Part shown: positions 19,956 through 30,021 of the stretch, one piece after another
Position numbering within the stretch: the stretch's first letter is position 1
Layout: every line of letters starts with the position of its first letter
Assembly (NCBI GenBank): GCA_964622505.1
Contig: CAZUQJ010000001.1
Span: forward strand, 44,240 to 108,239
Direction of reading: 5' to 3'
Source of the DNA: an uncultured Candidatus Saccharibacteria bacterium
GTDB taxonomy: Bacteria; Patescibacteriota; Minisyncoccia; Phycocordibacterales; UBA9973
DNA length: 64,000 bases
Program-made: the position numbers and the translations under genes
The notes under the pieces: generated by a model
Told to the model about the DNA's origin: nothing
Databases searched by the model: none
What the model saw: only the letters and a program-made list of their open reading frames with translations

Positions 19956-21649
19956 TGAAATTTAAAAATAAAAAAAAATATCATGCAGTTGATCCCGACG
20001 AGATATTCCTCGATTCCAAAAATCTTCCGCAGTTCAACACACAGCAATTCGAGGGCCGTATCGAGAAGCCGATCCCAAAGCGGGTGATATTTTTCTTGGC
20101 GATATTTCTCGGCACTATTGGTAGTGTCTTTCTGTACCAGCTCGGCGTACTTCAGATCACCAAAGGTGAAGCTTATTTGAAAAGAAGCGAGGATAACACA
20201 CTAGCCACAGTGCCAGTATTTGCTGCGCGTGGAATCATATATGATAGGAATAAAACCAAGCTTGCATGGAATACTTGGCCTTCCAAGACGGAAGCGGAAA
20301 CTTCTCAGATTCCGGATCGTACGTATATTGCCGACAATGGATTCGCACATATTGTGGGCTATGTGAGCTACCCGGCAAAAGATAGCTCGGGGAATTATTG
20401 GCAGGAATCATTTATTGGCAAAGACGGAGTAGAGAAATTTTATGATGAAAAATTGAAAGGCAAGAATGGCAAACGGATTACCGAGCTTGATGTTAAAGGT
20501 AAGGTTCAATCAGAAAATATTGTGACTCCTCCGACCTATGGCAACGATATGATCCTCGCGATCGATAGTCGCGTTCAGAAACAGCTGTACAAGTCTATTG
20601 CAGCCATGGCACAAAATGTCAAATTCTCTGGAGGAGCAGGAGTTTTTATGGATATTCAGACCGGAGAAGTATTGGCACTGACAAGCTATCCAGAATACAA
20701 TCCAAACATCCTTTCCAAAGGTCAAGATTCAAAAGTCATCAGAGAGTATCTGACTGATTCTCGCAAAGTATTCCTCAACCGCACACTCTCTGGTCTGTAC
20801 ACACCGGGCTCTATCGTCAAGCCATTTATCGGCTATGGTGCACTGGTAGAAAATGTGATCACTCCATTTAAAACGATACTCTCAAATGGTAAAATCGAAA
20901 TTCCAAATCCGTATTTTAAAGATAAAAAGACAGTTTTCAACGACCACGGAGTCTTTGGCTATGTCGACATGAAGAAGGCTATCGCCGTATCAAGTGACGT
21001 GTACTTCTACGAGATCGGTGGAGGATTTCAAGATCAAAAAGGTTTGGGGATTGTAAATATCGATAAATATGCAAAGAATTTCGGTATCAGTGAAAAAACT
21101 GGGATTGATCTTGGGGGTGAGAAAGCAGGTCTCATCCCAACTCCAGAATGGAAAAGTAAAACATTTAAAGGTGATCCATGGCGCGTGGGAGATACATACA
21201 ACACATCGATCGGGCAATATGGATTCCAAGTCACACCTCTCCAGATGGTGCGCGCAGTGGCGAGCATTGCCAATGGTGGTACATTGCTCACACCGCATGT
21301 GACAGTGGGCGATAAACAGCTCGAAGGCCAAAAAACAGTTCTGGCCGTAGATCCAAAAGCAATGCAAGTGATCAAAGAGGGCATGCGTATGGCAGTGACC
21401 GAGGGGACTGCAACTGCACTTAATTTACCTGGAATACAAGTAGCTGCGAAGTCTGGAACTGCGCAGTTGGGAGTGGGCAATACCAATACCAACTCTTGGA
21501 TCATAGGATTCTTCCCGTACGAAAATCCAAAGTACGCATTTGCAGTAATGATGGAGCGTGGGCCAAAAGCAGCTTCTGGAAATGCCACCCGTGTTGCAAG
21601 CGAAGTCATCGATTTCATGAAGCTTACAACCCCAGAATACCTCAAGTAA
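19952..21649 (+). CDS. mrdA: penicillin-binding protein 2
   Basis: RGIIYDR, PGSIVK (SxxK), SSD, KSGTAQ. Confidence 0.88.
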   Translation: MMKFKNKKKYHAVDPDEIFLDSKNLPQFNTQQFEGRIEKPIPKRVIFFLAIFLGTIGSVFLYQLGVLQITKGEAYLKRSEDNTLATVPVFAARGIIYDRNKTKLAWNTWPSKTEAETSQIPDRTYIADNGFAHIVGYVSYPAKDSSGNYWQESFIGKDGVEKFYDEKLKGKNGKRITELDVKGKVQSENIVTPPTYGNDMILAIDSRVQKQLYKSIAAMAQNVKFSGGAGVFMDIQTGEVLALTSYPEYNPNILSKGQDSKVIREYLTDSRKVFLNRTLSGLYTPGSIVKPFIGYGALVENVITPFKTILSNGKIEIPNPYFKDKKTVFNDHGVFGYVDMKKAIAVSSDVYFYEIGGGFQDQKGLGIVNIDKYAKNFGISEKTGIDLGGEKAGLIPTPEWKSKTFKGDPWRVGDTYNTSIGQYGFQVTPLQMVRAVASIANGGTLLTPHVTVGDKQLEGQKTVLAVDPKAMQVIKEGMRMAVTEGTATALNLPGIQVAAKSGTAQLGVGNTNTNSWIIGFFPYENPKYAFAVMMERGPKAASGNATRVASEVIDFMKLTTPEYLK

Positions 21650-21715
21650 TTCTTTGACTTATAAGGTGTTTTCCTGTACAATTGCTTCCTATAGAATTAA
21701 AATATTTTTACACAT

Positions 21716-22180
21716 ATGGACGAGATTAGCTACATTTCAGAGGAGAAGAAAAAGGCTTTAATAGAAGAGCTTGCGACGCTTAAAACCACGAAAAGAAAGG
21801 AGATTTTAGAAGCTTTAGACTACGCTAAATCGTTGGGTGATTTGTCTGAAAATGCCGAATACCACCAGGCTCGCGAAGACCAAGGTAAACTTGAGGACCG
21901 TATCAATCAGATCGAATACATGCTCAATTCTGCTGTTATTATAAAGAAGCACAAAGGCGATAAGGTAGAGATCGGTACCACAGTGACTGTAAAGAAGGAA
22001 GGCTCGAAACAAGAAATCTCTTACAATATTGTTGGAGTAGAGGAAGCTGATATGACTGCAAACAAAATTTCCAACCGCTCACCGCTTGGATCTGCACTCT
22101 TTGGTAAAGTAAAAGGGGATGTCGTTTCTATGAATACACCAAAAGGGCTAGTCAAATACACCATAGTTGCGATACAATAG
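21716..22180 (+). CDS. greA: transcription elongation factor GreA
   Basis: GDLSENAEY, SPLGSAL. Confidence 0.96.
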   Translation: MDEISYISEEKKKALIEELATLKTTKRKEILEALDYAKSLGDLSENAEYHQAREDQGKLEDRINQIEYMLNSAVIIKKHKGDKVEIGTTVTVKKEGSKQEISYNIVGVEEADMTANKISNRSPLGSALFGKVKGDVVSMNTPKGLVKYTIVAIQ

Positions 22181-22184
22181 GCGT

Positions 22185-23666
22185 ATGGCATCAATCGAAG
22201 AATTAAGGACTATACGTCTCCAAAAATTAGAAAAGCTGAAAGCAATGGGTATGAATCCATATCCGGCAAATGTTGCGCGTGATTATTCAATACCAGAATT
22301 GAAAGAACAATTTACTGAGCTTGCAGAGCAAGAGAAGAGTATTTCTGTAGCCGGTCGTGTAATGGCAGTGCGCGGACAGGGCGCGATCCTTTTTGTTGTA
22401 CTACAAGACAGTGGTGAAAAATTCCAAACTGTATTGAAAAAAGACGAATTACCCGAAGATATTTTTAGCCTATTTGTTGACTGCGTAGATATTGGAGATT
22501 TTGTTTCTGTTACTGGAACATTATTTGTAACAGCTCGCGGAGAGCAGAGTGTGCTTATAAAGGACTGGGCTATGGCGACGAAGTCTTTGCAACCGCTTCC
22601 AGACAAATGGCATGGTATCCAAGATGACGATGAAAGATTCCGCAAAAGATATTTGGAAATTTTAATGGAGAAAGAAGTCTACGACAGATTCGTAATTCGC
22701 TCGAGGGTTGTGAAAGCAATTCGCGCATTTTTTGATAATAAAAATTTCTTGGAAGTAGAAACTCCAATTTTGCAAAACCAAGCCGGAGGCGCGATGGCAA
22801 AAGTTTTCGAAACACATCACAATGACTATGATATAGGAATGGTTTTGCGTATTGCATTGGAGCTTGATCACAAGATCCTCACCGTAGGTGGATATGAAAG
22901 AATATATGAAATAGGCAAGAATTTCCGCAACGAAGGGTCCGACCCAACTCATATCCAAGAATTTACAATGATCGAATGGTATGCAGCTTATCAAACGCTC
23001 GAGACGAACATCGCATGGACAGAAGAGTTGCTGAAGAGTATTGCAAGTACAGTTGTTGGTAAAACAGCGTTTACCGTTTACGACAAAGAAGGCAATGCAA
23101 CTGAAGTACATTTCGATGGTGTCTGGCCAAAAATTTCTTTCAAAGATTTAGTACAGGAAAATGCTGGAATTGATATTACAACTATCACTCTCGCCGAAGC
23201 CCGCGCCGAAGCGGTGAAATGGGGTATGGATGAAAAAGAAGCTCAGAATCTGGGCCGTGGAAATCTACTCGATCATATCTACAAAAAGTCTTCTCGAGGG
23301 AAAATTATCAACCCAACTTTCGTCACTGATTTTCCAGGAGATCTCAAGCCTCTTGCTCAGCAAAATGTTGACGGTACCGCAAAAGTTGCACAGCTTGTAA
23401 TTGCTGGCGCAGAAATCACTAACCAATATGCAGAGTTGGTAGATCCGACTATCCAGCGTGAGTTGCTAGTGGCACAAGCTCAAGCAAAGGAGGGTGGAGA
23501 TGTTGAAGCCATGGATATCGACGAGCGATTCCTTACTGCTATGGAACATGGTATGCCACCAATGACAGGATTTGGTATGGGTATAGATAGATTAGTGGCT
23601 ATATTTACTGAACAAAAAAACCTTCGAGACACCATCTTCTTCCCAATCTTGAAACCAAAAGAATAA
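22185..23666 (+). CDS. lysS: lysine--tRNA ligase (class II)
   Basis: OB fold, PLPDKWHG, FRNEG, GMPPMTGFGMGIDRL. Confidence 0.96.
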   Translation: MASIEELRTIRLQKLEKLKAMGMNPYPANVARDYSIPELKEQFTELAEQEKSISVAGRVMAVRGQGAILFVVLQDSGEKFQTVLKKDELPEDIFSLFVDCVDIGDFVSVTGTLFVTARGEQSVLIKDWAMATKSLQPLPDKWHGIQDDDERFRKRYLEILMEKEVYDRFVIRSRVVKAIRAFFDNKNFLEVETPILQNQAGGAMAKVFETHHNDYDIGMVLRIALELDHKILTVGGYERIYEIGKNFRNEGSDPTHIQEFTMIEWYAAYQTLETNIAWTEELLKSIASTVVGKTAFTVYDKEGNATEVHFDGVWPKISFKDLVQENAGIDITTITLAEARAEAVKWGMDEKEAQNLGRGNLLDHIYKKSSRGKIINPTFVTDFPGDLKPLAQQNVDGTAKVAQLVIAGAEITNQYAELVDPTIQRELLVAQAQAKEGGDVEAMDIDERFLTAMEHGMPPMTGFGMGIDRLVAIFTEQKNLRDTIFFPILKPKE

Positions 23667-23964
23667 AAAGAAAATTAAAAAAATCCCAGACAAGTCGGGG
23701 ATTTTTTTATGTAATTGTTTTAATTTTCATTTTATAGATATTTTTCAAAATGAAAATTAAGTTTGAATAGGATATTTGGTCCTGAAAATTCAGTATGACT
23801 TTTTTGACCAAATTTGATCGCGTTCATGAGCGTTTGCGTAGCAACAGGGGGCTCATTTTTTTGTGTTGTCTGGGGATCAAAACCAGAATAAAAAATTGTT
23901 ATCATAATTCATACAAATAGTACAACAATCAAATATTTTTGTCCAGTCTATAAAACCACTATAG

Positions 23965-24047
23965 TTATCCACAGAAATAGGGTGGGAGGGGAGTTTGTAT
24001 TGTGGGATGAAGTGGAGTATAATTAACTGTAGTGGGATGAAGTGGGA
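23965..24047 (+). promoter_or_regulatory. dcw promoter with DnaA box and MraZ-binding direct repeats
   Basis: TTATCCACA at 23965; GTGG(G/A) at 23982, 24002, 24012, 24032 and 24042 (10-bp phase) flanking TATAAT at 24018. Confidence 0.75.
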
Positions 24048-24105
24048 ACAGATAAAATCTGTTTAAAATCAAAGGAATAATACTTCATTTTACTTTTTAA
24101 ATACA

Positions 24106-24540
24106 ATGCTTATCGGCGAATATACACATACATTGGATGACAAAAATCGGCTATCACTGCCGATGAAGTTCCGCAAAGAAATGGGGAAGCGTGTTGTGAT
24201 TGCGCCAGGACTCGATGCATGTCTTTCGATCTTTACAGAAAAGGAGTGGGAGAAGATTTCTGCCAAGCTTTCCGAGAGCTCTATGCTCCAGACTGACAAC
24301 AGATCATTCTCTCGTTTTATGTTCGGGCAAGCGGTGGATACAGATGTGGATGGCAATGGCAGAATCTTGATCCCAGAGCATCTTCGTGAACGTTCAAAAT
24401 TAGGATCCAAAGTTGTCGTCATCGGAGTTCAGAATCGCGCAGAAATCTGGAATGAGACAGTTTGGAATAAATATAAAAAATCAGTTGATTTACAAGCAGA
24501 CGCCCTCGCGGAGAAGCTAGGGCAAGTGGGAGTTCTTTAA
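24106..24540 (+). CDS. mraZ: division/cell wall cluster regulator MraZ
   Basis: GEY.HTLDDKNR, DVDGNGRILIP. Confidence 0.96.
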   Translation: MLIGEYTHTLDDKNRLSLPMKFRKEMGKRVVIAPGLDACLSIFTEKEWEKISAKLSESSMLQTDNRSFSRFMFGQAVDTDVDGNGRILIPEHLRERSKLGSKVVVIGVQNRAEIWNETVWNKYKKSVDLQADALAEKLGQVGVL

Positions 24541-24541
24541 T

Positions 24542-25435
24542 ATGAAGCATATACCCGTATTGTTGCACGAATCGATTGACGCCTTGGATATCAAGGTAGG
24601 CGATATCATACTTGACGGTACGCTTGGTGGCGCAGGTCATACAGAGGAGGTTGCAAAGCGCTACGGCAAACAAGTGAAAGTCATCGGACTCGATCTTGAC
24701 GCTGATGCAATCACCCGAGCAGAAGAGCGCTTGCTACCGATAGCATATGATGCAACATTTGTTGTTTCCAACTTCGAAGATGCGGACAAAGTTCTAGACG
24801 AGATGAACATCGTGCATATCGACTCTGTTTTACTTGATCTGGGTATCAGTTCATTTCAGCTCGAAGTTGCAGGTCGTGGATTCTCTTTTATGAAGGATGA
24901 GCCACTACTGATGACTATGAAGAAAGATCCGAGTGATGAGGACATTACGGCACGCGACATAGTCAACACATGGAAAGAGGAAACGATTGCAGACATCATC
25001 TATGGCTATGGCGAGGAGAAATATGCTCGCAAGATTGCAAAAGCTATCGTCGAACACAGGAAAGAGAAATTGTTCGAGACGACTAAAGATCTGGCAGATG
25101 TAGTCATAGCAACAGTAGGCAAAGCGTACGGCAGACTCAAGATCAACCCGGCGACAAAGACATTCCAAGCACTACGCATTGCTGTCAATTCTGAACTATC
25201 AAGCATAGAACAAGCGATCCCGATGCTCTTCGCTCGTTTGAAGTCAGGTGGACGCATGGCAATCATTAGCTTCCACTCTCTCGAAGACAGGATCGTCAAG
25301 CAAGCATTCAGAAAACTCATCGATGAAGATAGAGCAACTGGGATAACCAAAAAACCAATCACACCAAGTATAGAAGAATTACAAAATAACCCACGGTCAC
25401 GAAGTAGTAAATTGCGAGTAATAGAGAAAAAATAA
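24542..25435 (+). CDS. rsmH: 16S rRNA C1402 N4-methyltransferase
   Basis: HIPVLL, DGTLGGAGH, DLGISS, FQALRIAVN, SFHSLEDR. Confidence 0.97.
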   Translation: MKHIPVLLHESIDALDIKVGDIILDGTLGGAGHTEEVAKRYGKQVKVIGLDLDADAITRAEERLLPIAYDATFVVSNFEDADKVLDEMNIVHIDSVLLDLGISSFQLEVAGRGFSFMKDEPLLMTMKKDPSDEDITARDIVNTWKEETIADIIYGYGEEKYARKIAKAIVEHRKEKLFETTKDLADVVIATVGKAYGRLKINPATKTFQALRIAVNSELSSIEQAIPMLFARLKSGGRMAIISFHSLEDRIVKQAFRKLIDEDRATGITKKPITPSIEELQNNPRSRSSKLRVIEKK

Positions 25436-25441
25436 AAATAT

Positions 25442-25762
25442 ATGAGCACAAAAGAATTTACAAAAAATATAGCAAACGATGGAGCGCTACGCCGCCGTAT
25501 TTTTCGTATTTTACTTGGCTCGATCATCGCTCTATCGGTAGGGTACATATACCTTATCGGCTCGATCACTTTCAATGTGCTTGCACGCCGGTCACTCGAA
25601 ACAAATATAAATGAAATCAATAGTCGCGTCGGACAACTCGAATTACAATCCATAGCACTTGCCAACAGTATCGATGTATCTTTTGGAAAAGAGCTTGGCT
25701 TTACCGAGGCCCAAGGAACTATTTTTGCAAACAAAGACACAACTGCTGTTGCCTTGCGTTAA
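25442..25762 (+). CDS. FtsL-like cell division protein
   Basis: TM helix plus coiled coil, between rsmH and ftsI. Confidence 0.65.
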   Translation: MSTKEFTKNIANDGALRRRIFRILLGSIIALSVGYIYLIGSITFNVLARRSLETNINEINSRVGQLELQSIALANSIDVSFGKELGFTEAQGTIFANKDTTAVALR

Positions 25763-25764
25763 TT

Positions 25765-27471
25765 ATGAATACTGCATCCTTTAAAACGCGCATACACATC
25801 GTAGCTCTATGCGTTTTTCTATTTGCGTGCATACTAGTGTTGAAACTCTTCTCTCTTGGTATTGTAAACCAGAACAAATATGCTGAGCGCGCCGACAAGC
25901 AGTACGCAACTCCGACCGGCGACATGTTTGACCGAGGTAACATATTTTTTACTAAAAAGGATGGCTCTTTGATCGCTGGGGGCAACGTGATGTCTGGATA
26001 CAAAGTGGCAATCAAGGCAAAAGATATAAAGGATCCAGAAGGGTTGTACACAATAATGTCACCATATACCAAGCTTACCCATGATGAATTTATAAAAAAA
26101 GCCACAAATGTCACTGACCCATACGAAGAGGTAGCTACAAGGCTTACCAAAGAAAATGCCGATGCGATTTCAGTGCTTAAAATTGCCGGAGTCTCTATTT
26201 TCAAACAGAAATGGCGGTTTTATCCCGGTGATACACTTGCATCGCACGCAGTGGGATTTGTCGCTTTCAAAGGCGATGAGCGAATAGGTCAGTATGGACT
26301 GGAGAAATATTATAATAGTACGCTCATGAAGCCAAAAGAGGACTTGTATGTCAACTTTTTTGCAGAAGTGTTTTCAAACATCGGGAAAACTTTTTCGAAC
26401 ACCAAAGAGGGCGATATTGTGACTACGATCGAGCCAACAGTTCAGTCTACTCTGGAGCAAGAGATGCGCGCAACAAAAGAAAAATGGAATGCCGACCAGA
26501 TAGGCGCGATTATTATGGACCCAAAGACTGGGGAGATCTATGCGATGTCGGCGATGCCGGATTTCGACCTCAATAATTTTGGTAGTGTAGACAATCCAAA
26601 GACTTATGCCAACCCGATTGTCGAAAGTGTTTTTGAATTCGGATCGGTGATCAAGCCATTGGTGGTAGCGGGAGCTCTGGACCAAGGGGTTATTACTCCA
26701 GAGACAACCTACACAGACAATGGATTTGTGGTTGTAAATAAAAAGACTATCAATAACTTCGACAAAAAGGCAAGAGGTTTGGCGACAATGCAGACAGTAC
26801 TCGATCAGTCTCTCAACACAGGTATGGTATTTATCGAAAACAAAATGGGTCACGACAGTTTCCGTAAATATATGAAAAGTTATGATATGGGATCAAAGAC
26901 TGGAATAGATTTGCCCAACGAGACAAGTGGTCTGGTAAAAAATCTGGATAGCAAAATCGACTTAGACTATGCCAACATGTCATTTGGTCAAGGACTAGCG
27001 ATTACCCCAATTGGTGCCATTAGAGCATTTGCAAGTATTGCCAATGGTGGGACACTAGTGACTCCCCATGTAGTAAAAGAAATCAGATACGAGGATGGCA
27101 CTTCCAAAACACTTTCATTCCCCCCTGCGAGAACGGGACTCTTTAAAAAAGAATCGACCGATGCAACAACCCGCATGCTCGTGCACGTGTTTGAATCATA
27201 CGGCAGTGGGTCGTATAAAATAGAGCATCATTCTGTCGCAACAAAGACAGGTACTGCGCAAGTGGCGCTCGAGGTGGGGAAAGGGTATTATGATGACAGG
27301 CATACTCATTCCTTTTTTGGATATTTCCCAGCTTACGACCCCAAATTTATTGTATTTATTTTTATAAAAAATCTTAAAGGTGCACGATATGCTTCCGAGA
27401 CGCTGATCCCACCGTTCGTCAACACAACAAAATTCTTGTTAAATTATTATAATATCCCTCCTGACAGGTAA
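25765..27471 (+). CDS. ftsI: peptidoglycan transpeptidase FtsI/PBP3-like
   Basis: GSVIK (SxxK), SLN, KTGTAQ; dcw position. Confidence 0.85.
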   Translation: MNTASFKTRIHIVALCVFLFACILVLKLFSLGIVNQNKYAERADKQYATPTGDMFDRGNIFFTKKDGSLIAGGNVMSGYKVAIKAKDIKDPEGLYTIMSPYTKLTHDEFIKKATNVTDPYEEVATRLTKENADAISVLKIAGVSIFKQKWRFYPGDTLASHAVGFVAFKGDERIGQYGLEKYYNSTLMKPKEDLYVNFFAEVFSNIGKTFSNTKEGDIVTTIEPTVQSTLEQEMRATKEKWNADQIGAIIMDPKTGEIYAMSAMPDFDLNNFGSVDNPKTYANPIVESVFEFGSVIKPLVVAGALDQGVITPETTYTDNGFVVVNKKTINNFDKKARGLATMQTVLDQSLNTGMVFIENKMGHDSFRKYMKSYDMGSKTGIDLPNETSGLVKNLDSKIDLDYANMSFGQGLAITPIGAIRAFASIANGGTLVTPHVVKEIRYEDGTSKTLSFPPARTGLFKKESTDATTRMLVHVFESYGSGSYKIEHHSVATKTGTAQVALEVGKGYYDDRHTHSFFGYFPAYDPKFIVFIFIKNLKGARYASETLIPPFVNTTKFLLNYYNIPPDR

Positions 27472-27476
27472 ACGCA

Positions 27477-27518
27477 CCCAAGGTCGGACCTAGGGCTAGC
27501 CCTAGGTCCGACCTTGGG
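27477..27518. repeat. perfect 42-bp palindrome made of two mini-hairpins
   Basis: CCCAAGGTCGGACCTAGGGCT|AGCCCTAGGTCCGACCTTGGG. Confidence 0.85.
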
Positions 27519-27527
27519 AACACATAT

Positions 27528-28820
27528 ATGAAAAATTTTTTTAAAAAAATAATAGTCAAAGTTCTATGCTGGCAAGCCCGACTGATTCTAAAGAAGTATC
27601 GTCCAAAAGTTATTGCTATTACCGGCTCAGTAGGCAAGACATCGACAAAGGATGCCGTGTACACTGTGCTCTCACGCTTTTACTCTGTGCGCAAAAGCGC
27701 AAAGAGCTTCAATAGCGAAATCGGACTACCGCTGACGATTCTTGGAGTGCCAAATGGCTGGAACAATCCGATCGTTTGGGTGGAAAATATTTTCAAAGGA
27801 TTCTGGCTACTGATTTACAAACACAAATATCCAAAATACTTGGTGCTTGAAGTTGGTGCTGGTAAGCCAAATGATATAAAAGATGTCGCGCCATGGATCG
27901 CTCCCGACGTTGTCGTCCTAACACGTTTCCCTGATGTACCAGTGCATGTAGAATTCTTTGGCTCGACAGAGCGACTCATTGAAGAGAAAGTTTATCTTGC
28001 TCTGGCTCTCAAAAAGGATGGTGTCTTGATCGTCAATCACGACGACAAAGCTGTGTACAATGTGCATCACAAAATCAAGCGCCGATTTGTATCGTATGGC
28101 TTTGATGAGCAGGCTACCTACAAAGCATCATATGCACAAATGAATGCAGTAAATGATTCGGAAACATTACTCGGTATGCATTTCAAGATGGAGTACAATG
28201 GCAGTACTTTCCCTGTGTCGATGAATCACATAGTAGGTATGCATCATATATATGCAGGGCTTGCTGCATTGTCGGTTGCTACCGAGAGTGGGTGTGATAT
28301 TCTCGAATCGATAAAAGCATTGGCTGGTTACAATACACCTCCGGGCCGTCTAGCAGTGATCGCCGGTATGAACGAGAGCACGATCATCGACGACACATAC
28401 AATGCGTCGCCTGTAGCTATGGAATCTGCGCTTGAAGTACTTGAATCGGTCCATGGCCAGAGGCGCATTGCGCTCCTTGGCGACATGCTAGAGCTAGGCC
28501 GTATGACAGAGGAGGCGCACAAGAAAGTTGGTATTAAAGCAAGTAGCATAGCCGACATCATAGTCCTTGTCGGACCACGCTCCAAGTTTATTGCCGACGC
28601 TGCACTCGAGAATGGCTTTGCACAAAAAGATTTGTATTCGTTTGATACTTCTATTACTGCAGGTAAATTCCTAAATGGCATTATAGAGAAAGGGGATGTA
28701 ATACTGGCCAAAGGCTCGCAAGGTATCCGCATGGAGCGTGCAGTCAAAATGATCATGAATAATCCAAGCGATGCATCCAAGCTTTTGTGTAGGCAGGAAA
28801 AGGAGTGGGAGAAGAGGTAG
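27528..28820 (+). CDS. murF: UDP-MurNAc-tripeptide--D-Ala-D-Ala ligase
   Basis: AITGSVGKTSTK, NSEIGLPLT, DDTYNASP, LGDMLELG, KGS. Confidence 0.95.
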   Translation: MKNFFKKIIVKVLCWQARLILKKYRPKVIAITGSVGKTSTKDAVYTVLSRFYSVRKSAKSFNSEIGLPLTILGVPNGWNNPIVWVENIFKGFWLLIYKHKYPKYLVLEVGAGKPNDIKDVAPWIAPDVVVLTRFPDVPVHVEFFGSTERLIEEKVYLALALKKDGVLIVNHDDKAVYNVHHKIKRRFVSYGFDEQATYKASYAQMNAVNDSETLLGMHFKMEYNGSTFPVSMNHIVGMHHIYAGLAALSVATESGCDILESIKALAGYNTPPGRLAVIAGMNESTIIDDTYNASPVAMESALEVLESVHGQRRIALLGDMLELGRMTEEAHKKVGIKASSIADIIVLVGPRSKFIADAALENGFAQKDLYSFDTSITAGKFLNGIIEKGDVILAKGSQGIRMERAVKMIMNNPSDASKLLCRQEKEWEKR

Positions 28821-29023
28821 GACCTAAAGCTCTATCTGCAATAAGGCTATTATTTAAGGCTTTTTACCTCTATTGACAATATGGGTACTATTATGGTATA
28901 ATATAAGTAGATAGGTTAGTTCTTTGATATGTCAGTTTTAAGGGCGTTTTGCAGGGATCTCATAGCAACTATATATTATGGTTATTATGAAAACCTTGCA
29001 AAACAACAAGGCTCCTTAAAATT

Positions 29024-29308
29024 ATGACAAAAAAAATAAATTTCTTTTTAAAGAGAGTGAAATGCTTTTTTCACTTCAGCGGACAAATTCTTCTTTTTGG
29101 TAAACACTTCGGTTTATTGATTGCTATTTTCCTGGCATGCGTTGTAACTATCTACTGCGGTCATCAGGAAACTTTTAATCATGTGAAAATATTACCGGAG
29201 ATCAATTTATGGCAAGCCTATGTAATATTCTTTGGTTCACTGGTTGGAATTTTTTATTCCGGATGCCTTGCTACTGATTACAAAGGATGGAAAAAGTGCT
29301 CACTTTAA
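29024..29308 (+). CDS. small 2-TM membrane protein with structured leader
   Basis: 94 aa; TTGACA-18-TATAAT promoter (28873-28902), long hairpin leader and downstream terminator. Confidence 0.55.
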   Translation: MTKKINFFLKRVKCFFHFSGQILLFGKHFGLLIAIFLACVVTIYCGHQETFNHVKILPEINLWQAYVIFFGSLVGIFYSGCLATDYKGWKKCSL

Positions 29309-29427
29309 GTTAAAAGAAATCATGCAAAAAAAGAAAAGCCACCCAATCAAACAGGTGGCTTTTTTATTTTTAATAAAAATAGAACTTTTGTCTTATTGAT
29401 GATTATTACACCTTTTCGATTTATTCA

Positions 29428-29610
29428 CTCACGGAGAACCATGAGTACACGTTCGGTCAGGGATATCGCTATTTTGTGAGCCACAATAATTTGATCGCCG
29501 TCGCTCACAAATTTTCCAGCCCCGGACTCAGCCATTTTTCTTGCTAGAAAAATATGCTTCCGTCTTCACCACGTAGCAAAAAATCCCAAGCAGTTGGGAT
29601 TTTTTTGTCG
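29428..29610 (-). repeat. structured element at the tRNA-Glu 3' end
   Basis: Ends in a direct copy TTCTCCGTGAG of the tRNA 3' part; contains antisense CGTGGTGA and hairpins. Confidence 0.55.
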
Positions 29611-29685
29611 TGGTGACCTCACGGAGAATCGAACTCCGATTGACGGATTGAGAACCCGCTGTCCTAACCGTTAGACGATGAGGCC
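29611..29685 (-). tRNA. tRNA-Glu(CTC)
   Basis: Reverse complement GGCCTCATCGTCTAACGGTTAGGACAGCGGGTT-CTC-AATCCGTC..GTTCGATTC..GAGGTCACCA. Confidence 0.95.
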
Positions 29686-29760
29686 GTATTTGACTCCTTA
29701 TAAAATAACACATATTTAGTATTTTACAAAATTTGATTTTACTGCTATGCTGAAAATGAA

Positions 29761-29883
29761 ATGGAAAACAGGATTAATAACCCCAACCCAACCCCAAAAA
29801 ATCTCTACAGCGATTTAAACGAAGATGCCAACGGTACTGATACTGAAGGTATGGAACTTGATTATAGGGACGAAGACAAGTAG
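29761..29883 (+). CDS. possible small acidic peptide (40 aa)
   Basis: Manual translation MENRINNPNPTPKNLYSDLNEDANGTDTEGMELDYRDEDK*, followed by a terminator-like hairpin. Confidence 0.3.
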   Translation: MENRINNPNPTPKNLYSDLNEDANGTDTEGMELDYRDEDK

Positions 29884-30021
29884 ACCCTAATCCTTTTTGC
29901 AAATTTGCAAATATAATGCGAAAGACCCGATGACAGAAATGTTGCCGGGTCTTTTCATTTGACTAAACCTCTTGTTATTGGTACTCTTTAGGTATTAATT
30001 GTAAATTATAAATAAAGATTT

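Noticed and set aside
23965-23973. oriC
   Set aside because: Only isolated DnaA boxes (here and at 776), with no cluster and no dnaA gene
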